From positions 930,001 to 994,000 of the forward strand of contig LSRY02000003.1 in NCBI GenBank assembly GCA_001643675.2: DNA of 64,000 nt, written 5' to 3'. A program made the position numbers and the translations under genes. This DNA is from Monocercomonoides exilis PA203 (Eukaryota > Protista > Preaxostyla). The notes beneath the pieces are model-generated. The model searched no databases and was not told the origin of the DNA. It saw only the letters and a list, made by a program, of their open reading frames with translations. Below are positions 15,001-21,414 of the stretch, piece by piece. Each line of letters starts with the position of its first letter. The first letter of the stretch is position 1.

Positions 15001-17644
15001 CTACACCTCTGTTTCTTCCCTCAAACTGCTCCCAGGAGTTCCTTCTCCTCTGCAGGAAACAGCATTCACTGAGCTGAGCCAGTTTCTTCAGTGTGTTTTG
15101 TCTGCGTCTCCGTATTATCTTCAGGCGCTTCCGGTGAATCTTTCTGCAAACGCTGCAGCAAATAGAGCAGCAATAGCACATGCTCACTCGTTTTCTGCTT
15201 CTTCTTCTGCTTCTTCTGCTTCCTCATCCCCAACTTCCTCTGGCTCTTATTTGACTCCAGTCTCTTCTTCGACGCTTTCCACTGCCTCTTTCAGTCCAAT
15301 TGGTATTATGTCTTCACAATCTTCATCTTCTTCTCTTTTGAATCCATCTGCTTCTGCTTCTTCCGTTTCCTCGGTCTCATCTTCGTATTTGACCAGTTCT
15401 TCTTCCATCCCTGCTCTTTCTGATCCTTCCTTCTCATCCTCCTCCTCTTCTTCCTCTTCTTCTCCGTCTTCTCGCATTCCCTCTCTGTTTGCCTCTGCCT
15501 CGCATGCATCCAAAGGCGCCATTTACGATCCACGTGATGCCTCCATTGTTGGCCACTGCCTGAAATACGTCGTCGGCAGCACCGAAACACTCGACCCTCT
15601 TTTCATCCTGCCTTTCTCTGGCATCCTCTGCGACACAAACTCTGACAGCCTGCTGCTCAATTCAGACTCGACCAATTTCTTAGCGTCATTGCGAGCGCTA
15701 AGTAGTTATGAGCATTTTTATTCTTCGACCTCTCGAAGGATGATGGCTACTTTATCTCCGCAGTTCACGTACCACCCAGCCATCGCCATCCGCTTCTGTG
15801 AGGAGATCAAAGAAATCATCCAGCCAAACTTCTTCAACATCGACGCCATCACCCAGGCAGTCATCGCCGTCTGCCTCAGCGACCACGTCGTCCCGCCAAC
15901 CGCAAGCTGCCTTTTGCGTGAGCTGAACCTGGTGAACTGCCTCTTGTCGCGCATCTACCATTTCCTCGACTCCGTGCCGTCGTACTTCCAGTCAGGCAAA
16001 GAGCAAACCGACTCGGCGATGACGGAAGAGGCGGCGGACGAGGCCGTATCGAGTTTGGAGTACATTCTACACACTACGATCAACAATCTTGTCAACATCC
16101 GCTCCACTGCATACTCCTCAGAGTTCATCAAGACATGGAACACGATCATCCGCGGCAAAGTGCCTCTTTCGTGGCAGTTCATCTCCTCGCAGAGCGACAA
16201 GCACGCTCTCTCGCGGAGAGATAAGCGGGACGGCTTGTCGATCATCGTGTGGCTGAACAGCTGCGTCGGGCGCACTGAGCAGCTGCACCGCGCTTTTTCG
16301 TTCATCCCGTTCACCCACCGCATCGTCGGGCTGACAGAAACGCCTCTTTCAACAGGGACAATTCTTTCAAAAGCAGAAATCGCGCTGAGATCGCCGATGC
16401 TCCTCAACCCGAACCTACTCCTCTCCGTCGGTGGGTTTCTCGCGTCGCTGCGGACGGAGCTTGCGCTGGCTGCAAATATCAGCCTGATCGCTAGGGCGAA
16501 GGAGACAGATGCAACAATGACTGTCTTTCCTTCTTATTTTTCGAGTCTGAACGAAGTGACTTCTGCGCTGGTGTCGTCAGCTACGTCAAGAATCGCCTCT
16601 TCTCTGTCTGTTATGTCACCTGGTATTTCGTCTGCTCATTCAGCTGTTCCTGCTTCTTCCTCTGCTTCTGCTTCTTCTTCAATTTCTGCTAATTCTGCTG
16701 GAATGGGTGCAACTTCCACTCAAGGTGCAGCAGCTGTTCTGTCTCTTGCCAGTCGAAATGCTCCAAACAGCACATTCTTCCCAGCACCGTTCTTTTCCCG
16801 CCACTACAACGAGCTGAATGCGATCAGCCAGGTTCATCAGCACAGCAGCCGAAAGCGGAAGCTGCGCCGCGCATCCCATTCGCATTCGCCTTCTTCTTCG
16901 CCATCTCCTCTTTTGCTGAGCTTTTCTGTGCACCCGCTCATCTCCACAAGCGCAATCTTCCTGGATCTTGTGCCTACGCAGTCGCGGAGCTGGGCGGAAC
17001 TTGCGTATGAGCTCTCTCCTTCGATGCATGTGAGGGCGATTTCCTCGTGCTATCTGACTGGATTGTGGCTGTATGACTCGACAGGAGGCATGTACGACCA
17101 CAAGTCCCTTTCGCTGGTGAGCCCGGCGGAGAAGTCGCACTCAGGAGCGGGCGCATTAACTGGAGCAGGAGCAGGAGCAAGCGCGGTGCATCGTGGCTTC
17201 TCTGTTTTTGCGATGGAGAAGAATACGAAAAACAGAAACACACATGAAATTCTGAGAAATATCGAGTTTGATCTCCAAAACCCGAATAAATTTGTGAAAA
17301 ATTACCCGCAGCCTGATCGTTATGATTTTATTAGTAGTCAAATAACTGAATTAAATCACGCTTTTGGCTTGACGAATTTGCGTGTTGTGCCTCTTGTTCG
17401 AACTGATGATGGTATTTATTATACGTTCAATGGATGCGTTATTGATGACAATACTCTTCAAAATGCTGGGCTATCTATAATAAAACTTTCTTCAAATCAG
17501 GAAAAGACTCTTCAATATCACACACTGGTATTGAAAGATTTGAGACAATCCATTCAACTTAGAGGCAGCCATGACTTAACTGTTTCTGTTCCAGTTGATG
17601 TGAAGCATTCACTTTGCCATATTTTCAATTATTTTCTTGTTTAA
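2..17644 (+). CDS. Divergent dynein heavy chain-like protein, 5'-partial (motor domain, stalk and C-terminal domain; >5,870 aa in window)
   Basis: Frame is open from base 2 (FGLTIRVWY...), so the gene starts upstream. Dynein motifs occur in the correct order: YGLEW (AAA1 YGYEY, ~1019), SFECTPGTD (VFNC..G.D), MMMPDF (MMVPD), AAA2 P-loop GPTGSGKAT (2291-2317), IIYSVIWGAAG, GTVFDY, coiled-coil stalk with MTBD-like LWRFDP...RALYLWL (~6350-7150), GNSIITAAYFEYG..F...R..L, WEEWFNCDEPEMAELP..LNPFQKLLLISAVRPDR (~13330-13444), GGWIIL/RFVLWM (AAA6), LCCFHSLIVE, GKVPLSW, CYLTGLWL. Long Ser-rich and acidic insertions. Confidence 0.85.
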   Translation, partial: FGLTIRVWYTTQLLKVIKDIQEENWEDVTKDFTQFHLTNHRCLAFLMTLQRTIQPFDSQRLFVTQLIDSVVSDEKEQDVSSKEGAVEGSLNADDEEATAGDGINKRSSPQRVLRVFSGISTPASSEQMDDTTTDAQSSSSRDHTEAKSESKSGKSSSRQQYGQKHMSDDDEDDEQIFEGFDDSTQNSEYDEDDISGRSDNDVDDASEERHNSSVVGSSFMKRKNAQIELFRTLVKRLIYLFFLFCLYDIDHLRLIKASGIPLSRDIHTTHIFTNYTGATFNESHSEFKPSDLNNSQKSLVTTLSNRLLFTFDEAQQNILLTAANTDLTLDQNDERQKLWYGLEWIPSTKALQTLPIVWPTQQWKDQLVALTFDANRPGATNSGPLVVVKDAQYSLCMAHLRDISTLTGHNLRSFECTPGTDINSIKRFLLSMFVDSRFIVFSGIELLTPFVRRSLVDFLKQLWDWRRCQESSQPGFAQLSLEGLSVTISVPLGNFVVIGVYVSETSLQNSLPDGIDSVMMPMMMPDFQKSDWLAPLFAAQGFVSFASLSLKTDSYLDALKELLLYEFKESNDQINAKLSSLSFLESITQLAGDRHRTLIHSTAAAHGDRGKIYERTLAFPFESHKQSFFMEIQYLEELTCHDALWEISEQLFSILAPLSLIDPTHSSHPSADEDKRTLPPLIDSIKTLLDSHFPGQLVPSIVEAQRSAALQYSEQSTLGTVDSFADAVQTASQGMLLSIDQSFVEKCTEVAKAIERDWLVVLTGPTGSGKATVLSVVAQAYAITGQQKPIIVDLPSFMLSKPQPKNNPDDIDGTPFPLFQKIEKAFTMQSFSTRRNSTSNEEEITGEDPPVWIVIQVIKPTSFQSFASLFQESFHCSVNEEGGYLDLNFSNVERLILPKFSRFIFEVSCSILEISSALAMHESIVPLKFPFSQMMNWMMETWTSRMAHHLPTEYIESALLLLRQTFMKSVIFLRLAAHSVEHLSISRIPVVGLLHTTLYILTALIRLHPKASQHKLDGNVLRLYIIYSVIWGAAGHLPNWNPSLRTFRTWYERWAKAHPMNRVMNVLEMWKMDQFDSDAVGSFNENEDDSTIEATKTIYRDDFDAWFRNEFEKEVDFGKSGTVFDYVVDPVQKKMVLLNEVRQWPQSIDFMNNHLDTSSLILNHLPFNQLRYVIMLCTYVGRSAIILEDEFVDGQSIAMNVASSIPDVVAASMSETCKRLNDCKYPQHPPRVAFIGYHEESLSELIDLCSEFKKCGLNCAEPVCPTRCNLIYLLDDHKIDDHSIDMKESAQLGSTVGAFHYCASKRRTLDENLSEQEIININPVLFVCQEDESFGLPENIHSTNNISLFSLQKPMIEDFVIIATNIYQSSEMGQIRFQPQYSSTSTAFDGHFASSQTPSDNGLSANRLTAEASSTPSSPSSFTTAAFGSSTSASAMSTPLHYPYPPSPFPSSAQHPSTNSSAPVFDGHFSDEYSSFFFGNILPASIKLHLTVLNSRQKAIRCSLNQFIALIRSICAAPSLIFSNRLKLSELWRWQCQRIYVLTQPTLRLSRHIEEQINSIYRAFFGENEYDSESSQPFSFALRTVDPEKLPYVMDENENPSNEILPDLLRDFTLSKDELTPFSLVMISKLCTCRQFADYFLKCLETLCESTIPIVLIDTDGVLMPHIMLCVRHILGFDARVTDFPTTQKSMRDLLDLVAVVAITHGVGHHFALEKKVESTICLMMGEILPSFSFCIVFLSRIFGNYPRKGRDIKKEIKPLSSEEANCMIIDSMADCDEYLYRRISFLFHKRGKQKVTGDDVEELLQEAAGVTRLVFLMKQQSMDKYLHTLCVLQKNQFIIFPHTFTPQMHQEISQNILEPVFHSLSSFIFNCDATLHLSSVTSTGLFQSTPISQSVSSASPATSMANKTATRNNFQMIIPRVSANMSKVNEDKLQDYEVHGFAPGQPSSLNSTSIQSLEAYDSKQVFKENVGVYNDQHQLTDNRSIESSAYPSQVATPSYAMADTLSSTNAFSPSFSVAKRSNSSTGLRQLIPFILSKIHQSILVISHSIGNEHTTWGYAGNDNVVPLFQMSDPSSLNFLEFVENFAKFLFFSVRYFQQSIAQRELILLSIEEFQRSIEKLRQSMTQMQIVSQKSDKVPIIQQRIDAIDQAVKKHEEMLRSLSKQIAEKESAFSNSRSHIRPEVKILARYAFNAQSQLIAIRSYELMDLHLLSSRHQATKKLIESILYILSPRELKLIAKSTSNLLSALWRFDPLSVPYSVVKRMRERLSTEFLISDIPSHPPVGRALYLWLEWMMDVKYLSMKLKEGDRATLKQLIQLSNLYVRCYFCQLQIRRMKKERSKCMEAKQALVNNPYTAEDAFMRGRAALVLAERFACSVVNICDECMKEIQRGKRELHYAIGNSIITAAYFEYGHQFNSHTRHLLLRDAVIPILQQNQIPFSLNHDPLLFFVKFQFKELSALLMHSANQRTDQSSKVPLAKRNTEGCINIFPSKETFSKITKANNSSVIYFSSPSQSQAPTPPQRDKSKERRDTLPAVPFKKLTSASSDTSALISASQKRRSQNSPAQNVQPINIHQSYDEATFPRIFESPFYSSEMNTDSEFDFCPDEREEGIRMPYPLLFNSDYFDPSAKNFVSFSEQNGVSAALSPHSIHLTSNGLWDNYPRFTLNDLHSSSSSSSFLPTYLSFNDELFAHHVSFLALPTFLVDVHCPRLVPFSDTFGGNSSLYSRPYMNDALQRKKMESMQSFESGRSSRNLKWNGSKDGSSSSLGQYSSSFNSSMQFSEASNSLRFSNAQQRGFGIVDGNFGSRSQNVQNNGGMESSSGITLSNWNSSGLDMKGGASKTTANINDEDSSRPTNSSSAAAQGMISSNVTVNNILQQGGIGGGVMNSSGASIEMISPTLGFSGSQRGVAELFMMILFARGFTHKVLSAKNVREIPELLFGSHSLFDRMVFRVRCPLIFDHLGIMTSPIYEGTSSTQNDLFHLYDIEDPVSSPFVISLAQSDAYKKILDAIQILSPNQPSQTPKQDMMNPFAHSSSKIEAGQEERGKNDEFPIVDNSGGGSTSSMHTLNENGSNKQNSEKMNKEDLLFNTPNVSSSHSFATSNAEQSPLVSDLYSNKRKTRKCIILTHVDDSTVDERIKNFLFVLTLMQEKMTMVDNSAADRSLFGSQTSFSNLSNSSRFYSRRNKQKLSRTRSYSSLSPLTPPHFYEYSSALQSPFHSFSQNTPISPTFCSSNTFSFQPSSSIPSLSSIASFSPPSSPRNTSSSSSASTASQSSLQSESNMTVSLLSPDYISTADSNSLIRVTLPSDVDVILVANIHKGSTFLGMWTTITYPIVLTPTEETIRMAMSPEVGQVVSKFVRSGTAASLLDSSVPSLYPNVHLLANEEKKRVEINGKIAFLTHYRNLLRHLPFSLNDDSLDDRNILNNEKNDLQSDEERNEEMDILQSENEESSALISTRKLYKEGIGSENETEESGEEEEKNQKDGKGTPIEIPPIDFEEENEFSSLTPKSSCESNEKFSEEQMNESKNKNFKRNNSKEGRTSKRNSIQVEKTDQFENDESNQRKQREISTDETVAEKKSVLFPSNNNIKKKKKKKGGKTSSDEMQQTKSELSESDEKSSQALKGNLSRRNSTQLQRKGSISLQTDQSTSSPRVHHSKERKSSIFSEGRLKSISEEKGERDNSNDNNIKERKYFEDEKMLDQLADEVIDSEDEYTEAIIDPTVVPFVMLLNWSKQKEDEFASFMSEFDKQSTEYSLAESSTFDTMQWINLCFTWEEEVIRPVVDVLSLFCFTSLRLSGEPFRRLEPLCFSRRMLHPTLQRFLTVVQMYIDNESGKKGERSFSFGKDGLPSSAPVSPMSPMSPMSPMSPISQMSAITSMRASNFEDGIWPLPSPSDETKGLFGFKSQQQTYKKTGDLTSLEPSPSPISAILKGLAHLPQGANGAFMLFGLQPHLKQSILSGSSRMFGRMLQNETQCVTDYLAMCLFLALKLSNDAGNGLSPIETNIFINSSMFLIHDFDDMPHNTKTDLQNVEFPTFMCCELPHLFLPMETAVLQTNGLLPANPASSWLQSLTWKNLFALSVCCPRFRPIVTDLDPHSHSLFTVIDHIPVTPNARTRYSMMKVMKRTSVIPQQISHSARSALRRESHKQKQKLSLLFDGRDLLMNEEHHRHSIKNFEPFFRRGFSWGSAAAPTSNGSSAQNFSYSTSSLSSLNSSFLNPYSNTESQLDFDNGSSNALEEDDTSYSFQRQHIITNCPYSSHNQLDSFAARQQQQQDDRMAYLASAQSSYSADAGFVPQLFDYDAGLETVPEYPQQQMGAFQGTGIYEGGNERGFYGDGRKAIAQGRGNAGVTSIARQGGAIQNLVDSSVASIFGLGDSTQNTLSLSDGLSSSSSSSSNISSLSASSSSSSSSTINRIKFGGFSESNTSADSQSNALFLTNIQRKWEEWFNCDEPEMAELPNEQLKTLNPFQKLLLISAVRPDRMMQAAILAIMSQPLLGAECAYFMGMMPSHVKRDMTTTAAANTSGTRSSAKAQQTAISPASALSAINASSSYSPFYTVAQSSSSSSSSSSSSSSSAFFSSSICSQIEPSRFFYCGKASINSILNETFQTAYPNHVSMHRLTQNGSAIVLSLMGTKWMAPVAEWRIAMDLQSFAQEKDITAVTLNISEIIRKAKWTLEQSAHSRRHNQDSSAAYPPPPQTSSSSSTSSASFISLLPLQDQEKVSYETLLWSSVWEITAIELSLQLQKGGWIILTGLSLVDESFAKRLSDWVVENLPFYHTLRRGNSQFNAYSSSSPSSTATATASNISSPSRFVLWMIFEETSVLNRNSAINTFSHSFAAHAHLFAVRVPLTFRGVLSESLIRATDMADSQTLLALAQFYDSTATADSKVVKQFCCFLFTLCCFHSLIVEHIKCISQSNSGLIVRISPDSVVDLLSLVVNVSKTTFIKKSKQVKNSSSHLDSFIWSVFFRNVMYRAYPFIANSIDPSVLISLFNTLFNNDIYTSVSSLKLLPGVPSPLQETAFTELSQFLQCVLSASPYYLQALPVNLSANAAANRAAIAHAHSFSASSSASSASSSPTSSGSYLTPVSSSTLSTASFSPIGIMSSQSSSSSLLNPSASASSVSSVSSSYLTSSSSIPALSDPSFSSSSSSSSSSPSSRIPSLFASASHASKGAIYDPRDASIVGHCLKYVVGSTETLDPLFILPFSGILCDTNSDSLLLNSDSTNFLASLRALSSYEHFYSSTSRRMMATLSPQFTYHPAIAIRFCEEIKEIIQPNFFNIDAITQAVIAVCLSDHVVPPTASCLLRELNLVNCLLSRIYHFLDSVPSYFQSGKEQTDSAMTEEAADEAVSSLEYILHTTINNLVNIRSTAYSSEFIKTWNTIIRGKVPLSWQFISSQSDKHALSRRDKRDGLSIIVWLNSCVGRTEQLHRAFSFIPFTHRIVGLTETPLSTGTILSKAEIALRSPMLLNPNLLLSVGGFLASLRTELALAANISLIARAKETDATMTVFPSYFSSLNEVTSALVSSATSRIASSLSVMSPGISSAHSAVPASSSASASSSISANSAGMGATSTQGAAAVLSLASRNAPNSTFFPAPFFSRHYNELNAISQVHQHSSRKRKLRRASHSHSPSSSPSPLLLSFSVHPLISTSAIFLDLVPTQSRSWAELAYELSPSMHVRAISSCYLTGLWLYDSTGGMYDHKSLSLVSPAEKSHSGAGALTGAGAGASAVHRGFSVFAMEKNTKNRNTHEILRNIEFDLQNPNKFVKNYPQPDRYDFISSQITELNHAFGLTNLRVVPLVRTDDGIYYTFNGCVIDDNTLQNAGLSIIKLSSNQEKTLQYHTLVLKDLRQSIQLRGSHDLTVSVPVDVKHSLCHIFNYFLV
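11563..11616 (+). repeat. Coding 9-bp tandem repeat (SPM)n inside the dynein-like gene
   Basis: tctccaatg tcacctatg tcaccaatg tctcccatg tctccaatt tcgcaaatg = SPMSPMSPMSPMSPISQM. Confidence 0.8.
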
Positions 17645-17808
17645 TTAATTTTATTATTTTGTTATTTTTTGGGGGAAAATGTGTGATTATATGTGAAATG
17701 TTACTTGAAGTTTTTTGTTGATTTATATTTCATTATTTAACAATATTTTGTATTTGGTTCAAATCAAAACTCATAAAATTTTTGTATTAAGGGTCTTCAA
17801 AATTAAAA

Positions 17809-20096
17809 ATGTTTTTCCTGATTTCTTCATTTCCTGGTTTCGCATTTCTTTTCTCATTTTACTTAAATTTATTATTCATTTTATTTTTTGCAAATTAATT
17901 CTATAGATCTTGGTGAGAAAGAAAGCGAACTAAAGGTTGCAAATGGAAAACTTGACCACAACAAAATAGACAAAAAATGCAGAGATGTTAAGTGTCTAAT
18001 TGCATTTATTGTTGTTGTGGTACTATTTTTAGCATTTTTCATTTACTCCGCAGTTGCCTCAAACTTTGAAAATTTAACTAGACCAACTGATTACCAGTTT
18101 GTTTTTTAAAAGAAATAATTTTGTTCATTTGAGAAATTTAATGAATGCTTTATAAAGAAATGAGATGTGTGGATTAAAGGGTGACGTTGACATGACGCAG
18201 AGGCCTAACTTGTTTTCTCCTTCAATTAATTATGAAAATAGAGGATGGTGCGTTAAGTCTTGTCCAACTCAGCAATCGTCATGCATTTGCATGGACTCCG
18301 AACCTTTTGAAGCAACACCAGAAACATGTAATTCTATGAATGAAACCTGCTATTATATGAATGAAGTTGAATTTATTGTTAAAGATTTTAGATGCATTCC
18401 TTCAAACGCAACAAAAGATTCAGAATGGAATCAAAAGGCAGGCTCTTTTATTAAAGATTTTGTTGCATCATTTTGGACAATTATTGTTGGAGCTGCTATT
18501 GCAATTGTCTTGTGCTTTTTATACATGGCTTGTATGGGGTGCTGTGCTCGTGCATGTGTTTGGGGTTGCATCGGAGTTTCTATTGGTTTCATTTTCCTGG
18601 CTGGAGTTGCGGCTATTATTATCGGAATTGTATTTATGTCGAAAAGCGATTCTTCAGAAAGGTCAGCATTCTATGCGCTAATTGCGGTTGGGTTAGTAAT
18701 TCTATTAATAGGACTCATATCCAGCTGTTGTGCATGCTGCTGGAAGGAAAGAATAACTTTAGCTTCTTATATAATTGAGGCAGCAGCTAATGCGGTGAAA
18801 TCAATGCCTTGTTTGCCGTGCTGCACTGTACTCTTTTCTATTATTTCAGCTGCCGTTTCAGTGATGTGTTTCTTTGCAATTGTGTTTTTCATTTCTTCGC
18901 GTGATTTTGTAAAGGAACAAGGATCATGGACAATTTCTATTCCTGGATATGCTTGGGTATTTTTCATATTTGTTCTTATTGCATATATATGGATGATAAT
19001 GTTTGTTTTCGGGATGAATGAAATGACGATTGGCGGTTCAATTTCTTCATGGTATTTCACTCGCGACAGAAGCAAACAGACTGGAAATTTGGACAAATGG
19101 CCTGTGTTCTCTGCGTTCAAACGTGGCGTTCGGTACCATTCTGGTTCAGTGGCATTTGGCAGTGGACTGATTACCATATGCACAGTTCTTCAAATCCTAA
19201 GCGAAATGATGGCTGATTCAGCGAGTGACACGGGAAATGACGTGATTGCTTGTTTATGTGCATGCATCTCTTGTATTTTGCAGTGCATTTCTAAATATCT
19301 GGAATTTGTTACATCTCGTGTGTATGTCTTGATTTCAATAAAGGGCACTTCATATTGGAAGTCAGCAAAGCAAACTCTGTTTTTGGTATTGAGGAACATC
19401 ATACGTACAGCAGTGTTAGAGAATGTGGTTACGTTGATCTTTGGAATTGCAGAATTTTTGATCGATATTGTATCTATTTTCTTCTTGCTTATGATGGTGC
19501 GTCCGGATATATTTGGGTTGACATCGAAAAATGTGGTTTATTTGCCAAGTCAGTCATGGTGGCTTTCTCTTATTTTGGGATTTTTGCTGATTGTATTCGT
19601 AGTGGATACCATATTTGATACGTTGTCGTTTAGCGTTACTTCTATCTTCATGTCATTCTTGCTTGATGATGAAATGTGTCAGACTCATCCAGAATGGAAT
19701 CCATTCGGAACTCCTGAGTTAAGAGAAAGAATGTACAAATGCTCTGTTGCAGGTTATCAGATGGCGCAGAAATACAAAGACAAGCATGAGGACTTTAACT
19801 TAGCATATTTTGCAGAACCTCCCCAAACATATGTTGATCCTTACATGAACAGAGGGAGTATGGAAAGCGGAGGAGGAATTGAAGGATACAATCAGCCGAC
19901 GACTTATCCCACTTCGGTAGCTTTTGAATCTCCTTCTACACAGCCTCAGATTCAGCAAATGCAGACTGGGCCTCAATACGGAGCCGCTGGTTATCCAGTT
20001 GCAAGCGCTTATCCATCTGTTAACAATCCATATGAATCTGCGGCAATCAACAATTCTCAGTCTTCATTTGTACCATCAAATAGTTACATGAAGTAA
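17809..20096 (+). CDS. Choline transporter-like (CTL/SLC44/Pns1 family) membrane protein, ~718 aa; exons 17809-17836, 17907-18096, 18158-20096
   Basis: Family motifs KKCRDVKCL (R.C.D), PTDYQNEMCG (P.D...CG, formed only after splicing), CVKSCP, SWYF, RYHSGSVAFGSGLI, YLEFVTSRVYVLISIKGTSYWKSAK, DTLSF...FLLD; about 10 hydrophobic segments. Introns 17837-17906 and 18097-18157 are GT..AG and restore frame (2157 nt = 719 codons). Confidence 0.9.
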
Positions 20097-21414
20097 ATGG
20101 ATATTTAGCTGCAATTTTTGCTTTCTAAATCCATCATTAGAATATCGCATTTAATCAAATTTTAAAATTTCGATGAATGGATTAGTTTTATCACAATCTA
20201 CTTTGCATCAAACATTTTCATTATGAATTAGCAAAATGAGATGCAAGTTTATGAAATTTTGATTTGGTGTTAGACATTTGTTAATCTTAGTGAACTTTTA
20301 ATTATAATATTTTTCTTTTGTTTTATTTTATTTATTAATTTATTTTTAGCAGTTTGATCGAATCAAGTTGATTGTTAACTTTTAGACTTATTTTCAAAAA
20401 CTATTTCTTTATTTTTATTATTGAAATTGTAATTATTTTATTTTGCAATGTACTTGTCATTTTCTGGATACGAAGTTCTTGAAATACAACATTTATATTT
20501 TCAATAATTTGTTCCATTCTTGTTCTTTTATACAAAATTTTACAGTGCCAATGTTGTGAAAATGACGAGCCTTTATATAACGAATTATTTTAATTTTCTT
20601 TAATGAATTTATTTATCATTTATTTGTATTTTTTTGGAGAAGTATTATCAAATAATTCTTGCTTTAAAGAAGATTTTTATTCATGAACAGGGAAGCTTAT
20701 CAACTTCTTTGAACAATTTTATTTTTTTCTTTTTCTTTTTCTTTTTGTTCTTTTCTCTTAGAAGTTACATATCTCATTTTTTACTGAGAATAACGACACT
20801 TTCATTCTTATTAATCATGATTTAAGGTTGATAACATAGAGTGTTAAATGATAAATTGTTTCATAAAAAGGTTATTGTTAATGGCAATTTAAAAGATGAA
20901 GTTTATAAGTAAATACATAACAAATCTGATTGATATTTGAAGAATAAATAAGAATGGAATATTTCTTGAAAAGAGAAAAAGAACAGTTTGGAATTTGACA
21001 GCAATCATAAAAACAAAATTAAAATAGCATTCATAATCTTAATTTATGTTCACATTATTTAACATGCACAAATAAACATCAAATAAAAAAATATTACAAT
21101 TGAAAATTGCTCATTTCAAATGAAAAATTACATATAATTTGCAAACATTTTCTTTTTAAATTTTATTAAATCGATTTGGCAATATCAAATAAAATAGGGA
21201 CAATAAATAAAAACAGTGCATCACATATTTGTAAGTTCGTTACATAACACAATAATAGCACAATTCAAGTGTGTCGCAAAGGATACTGTTAATTCAGGAA
21301 AACAAAATCATCGTTCAACTGAAAGCTTTTCGATCATCTGGCATCACAACTTTTCCTGTTCCGAATAAAAATTCATGGAGCACTCTTTGAGAATACAACT
21401 GATGTTGGTCTGCC

